A stretch of DNA of 57,057 nt from an archaeon. Its GTDB lineage: Archaea > Nanobdellota > Nanobdellia > Woesearchaeales > GW2011-AR15. Numbering within the stretch: position 1 is the first letter of the stretch; each line of letters begins with the position of its first letter. Below, piece by piece: positions 55,822-57,057 of the stretch. The position numbers were made by a program, and so were the translations under genes. The stretch lies in the NCBI GenBank assembly GCA_018671515.1, contig JABHHN010000072.1, positions 1-57,057 of the forward strand, in the 5' to 3' direction. Under the pieces are notes generated by a model. The model did no database searches, was not told the DNA's origin, and was given only the letters and a program-made list of their open reading frames with translations.

Positions 55822-56757
55822 CTAGGGTATATCGCCTTCTTCTTTGAATTTTTCTAGTGTTTCCATAATGACTTTTTCTGGTGTCTTTAGATATTTTACA
55901 CTTGGTTTTAATCTAATTCTATGTGTTAATACAGAAATTGCAGCAGATTCAATATCTTGATAATTTACTTTTTTTCTCCCAAGAAGCATTGCATTTGCTT
56001 GTGCTCTTTCATAGAGTCCAATTGTTGCTCTGACACTAGGGACTTTTTCTAAATCATCATGTAGTCTTAATTCTCTGACAAACTTGATTGTGAAATCTAA
56101 TAATTTTTTTGGGAATTCAACAATTTCTTTTCCTTTTGTTGTTACAATTTTTTCTTCAATTTTAAAATTTTCAGGATATCCCATATATATCAAATCAAAT
56201 CTATCCAAAAAAACATCGGATAGATTTTCAGTAGAAATGTCATTTGGGTTCATTGTTCCAATAAATATGAAATCAGATTCAACATCAACATCATATGATG
56301 AAATTGAAGCTGTTTTTTCTTCTAAGACTTGAAGCAGAGCATTCTGTAATTTTTCAGAACATCTATTTATTTCATCAAAGAATAATATTTTTCCATTTGC
56401 TTTGAATATTTTTCCAGGTGTAAATGATTTTATATCAAGAGGACCAAATTTTATTGCCTTTATTGGATCAATATCACCAATTAGATCTTCAGCAGTTAGA
56501 TCAGGGGAGCCTTGTACTCTTACGAATCTATCTTCACCTTTTACTTTCTCATTTTTTCCTTCAAAATTTGTTATTGATATGTCAGGCAGTATTTTTGCAA
56601 TGTTTTTTGCAAGTGTTGTTTTCCCGACACCAGGTGGACCAACAAGTATGATGTTTCTTCTCATCATTATTGCAGATCTAACTTGCAGCTTTACATCATC
56701 TTGTCCATATATGTCTTCGAACTTTTCTTTTATCAGAATTTTAGTCAAATCTTCCAT
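55822..56757 (-). CDS. ChlI/MoxR-like AAA+ ATPase
   Basis: GPPGVGKT, DLIGDIDP, FTPGKIFKAN, FDEINR, TMNP, DRFD, SVRA. Confidence 0.93.
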   Translation of the reverse strand: MEDLTKILIKEKFEDIYGQDDVKLQVRSAIMMRRNIILVGPPGVGKTTLAKNIAKILPDISITNFEGKNEKVKGEDRFVRVQGSPDLTAEDLIGDIDPIKAIKFGPLDIKSFTPGKIFKANGKILFFDEINRCSEKLQNALLQVLEEKTASISSYDVDVESDFIFIGTMNPNDISTENLSDVFLDRFDLIYMGYPENFKIEEKIVTTKGKEIVEFPKKLLDFTIKFVRELRLHDDLEKVPSVRATIGLYERAQANAMLLGRKKVNYQDIESAAISVLTHRIRLKPSVKYLKTPEKVIMETLEKFKEEGDIP

Positions 56758-56856
56758 CTATAATTCGAATGAAAATATATTTATAAAATTATAGTACAAG
56801 ATGATTTGATATGATTATAAAAATGAATCCAAATACTTCTTTTTTTATTTTACTTT

Positions 56857-57051
56857 AACAAGTTCTAAAAAACTTGTTTTTGTAGAAAAGAATTTACTTT
56901 TAGTAAATTCTTTACGTACGTTTAGGTGGGTAGTTTAATCCACACTTTAGTGTGGTTTGAAACCCGCCCATGAAATCCAATTAGGATTTCATCAGAATAA
57001 TATATAATTCTAGAAAACATAGTATTAAGTGCGCGGCGAAAATTGGCGCAC
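56857..57051. repeat. Cluster of short inverted repeats/hairpins
   Basis: AACAAGTT/AACTTGTT; AAAGAATTTACT/AGTAAATTCTTT; GGTGGG..CCACAC/GTGTGG..CCCGCC; ATGAAATCC/GGATTTCAT; GTGCGC/GCGCAC. Confidence 0.7.
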
Positions 57052-57057
57052 TCAATA

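Overview
Very AT-rich archaeal chromosomal segment. Proteasome beta, aCPSF1/FttA, type II Map, archaeal SecDF, a BHB-intron tRNA and TATA-box promoters show it is archaeal; a DPANN/Woesearchaeota-like source is an inference. Layout: (1) 1-13042, a bacterial-type, folate-dependent purine cluster (purF end, purD, 5-formyl-THF cyclo-ligase-folD fusion, purN, purH, duplicated purE, purL, 4-OT tautomerase, purQ, purC, guaA). (2) 13100-19450, an accessory patch with RHH/PIN modules, Lrp regulator, microproteins, pseudogenes, UDG and EVE proteins. (3) 19461-29416, tRNA-His plus a complete his operon and hisS. (4) Housekeeping and accessory genes to the end. Top finding: the his leader has two 17-codon uORFs sharing GAT-TGT-ATT-CAY-TGT (D-C-I-H-C). 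A +1 shift at the first His codon enters an otherwise His-free 141-codon frame that reads through the tRNA-His gene and terminator-like elements into the second uORF; a +1 shift at the second His codon enters hisG. This suggests a histidine-sensing, double-frameshift attenuation system (hypothesis, untested). Second finding: a prfB-like +1 frameshift candidate (SD-like + CCC-TAG) would fuse the ChlI/MoxR-like AAA gene to the downstream VWA gene. All calls come from reading the sequence; no database searches were run.
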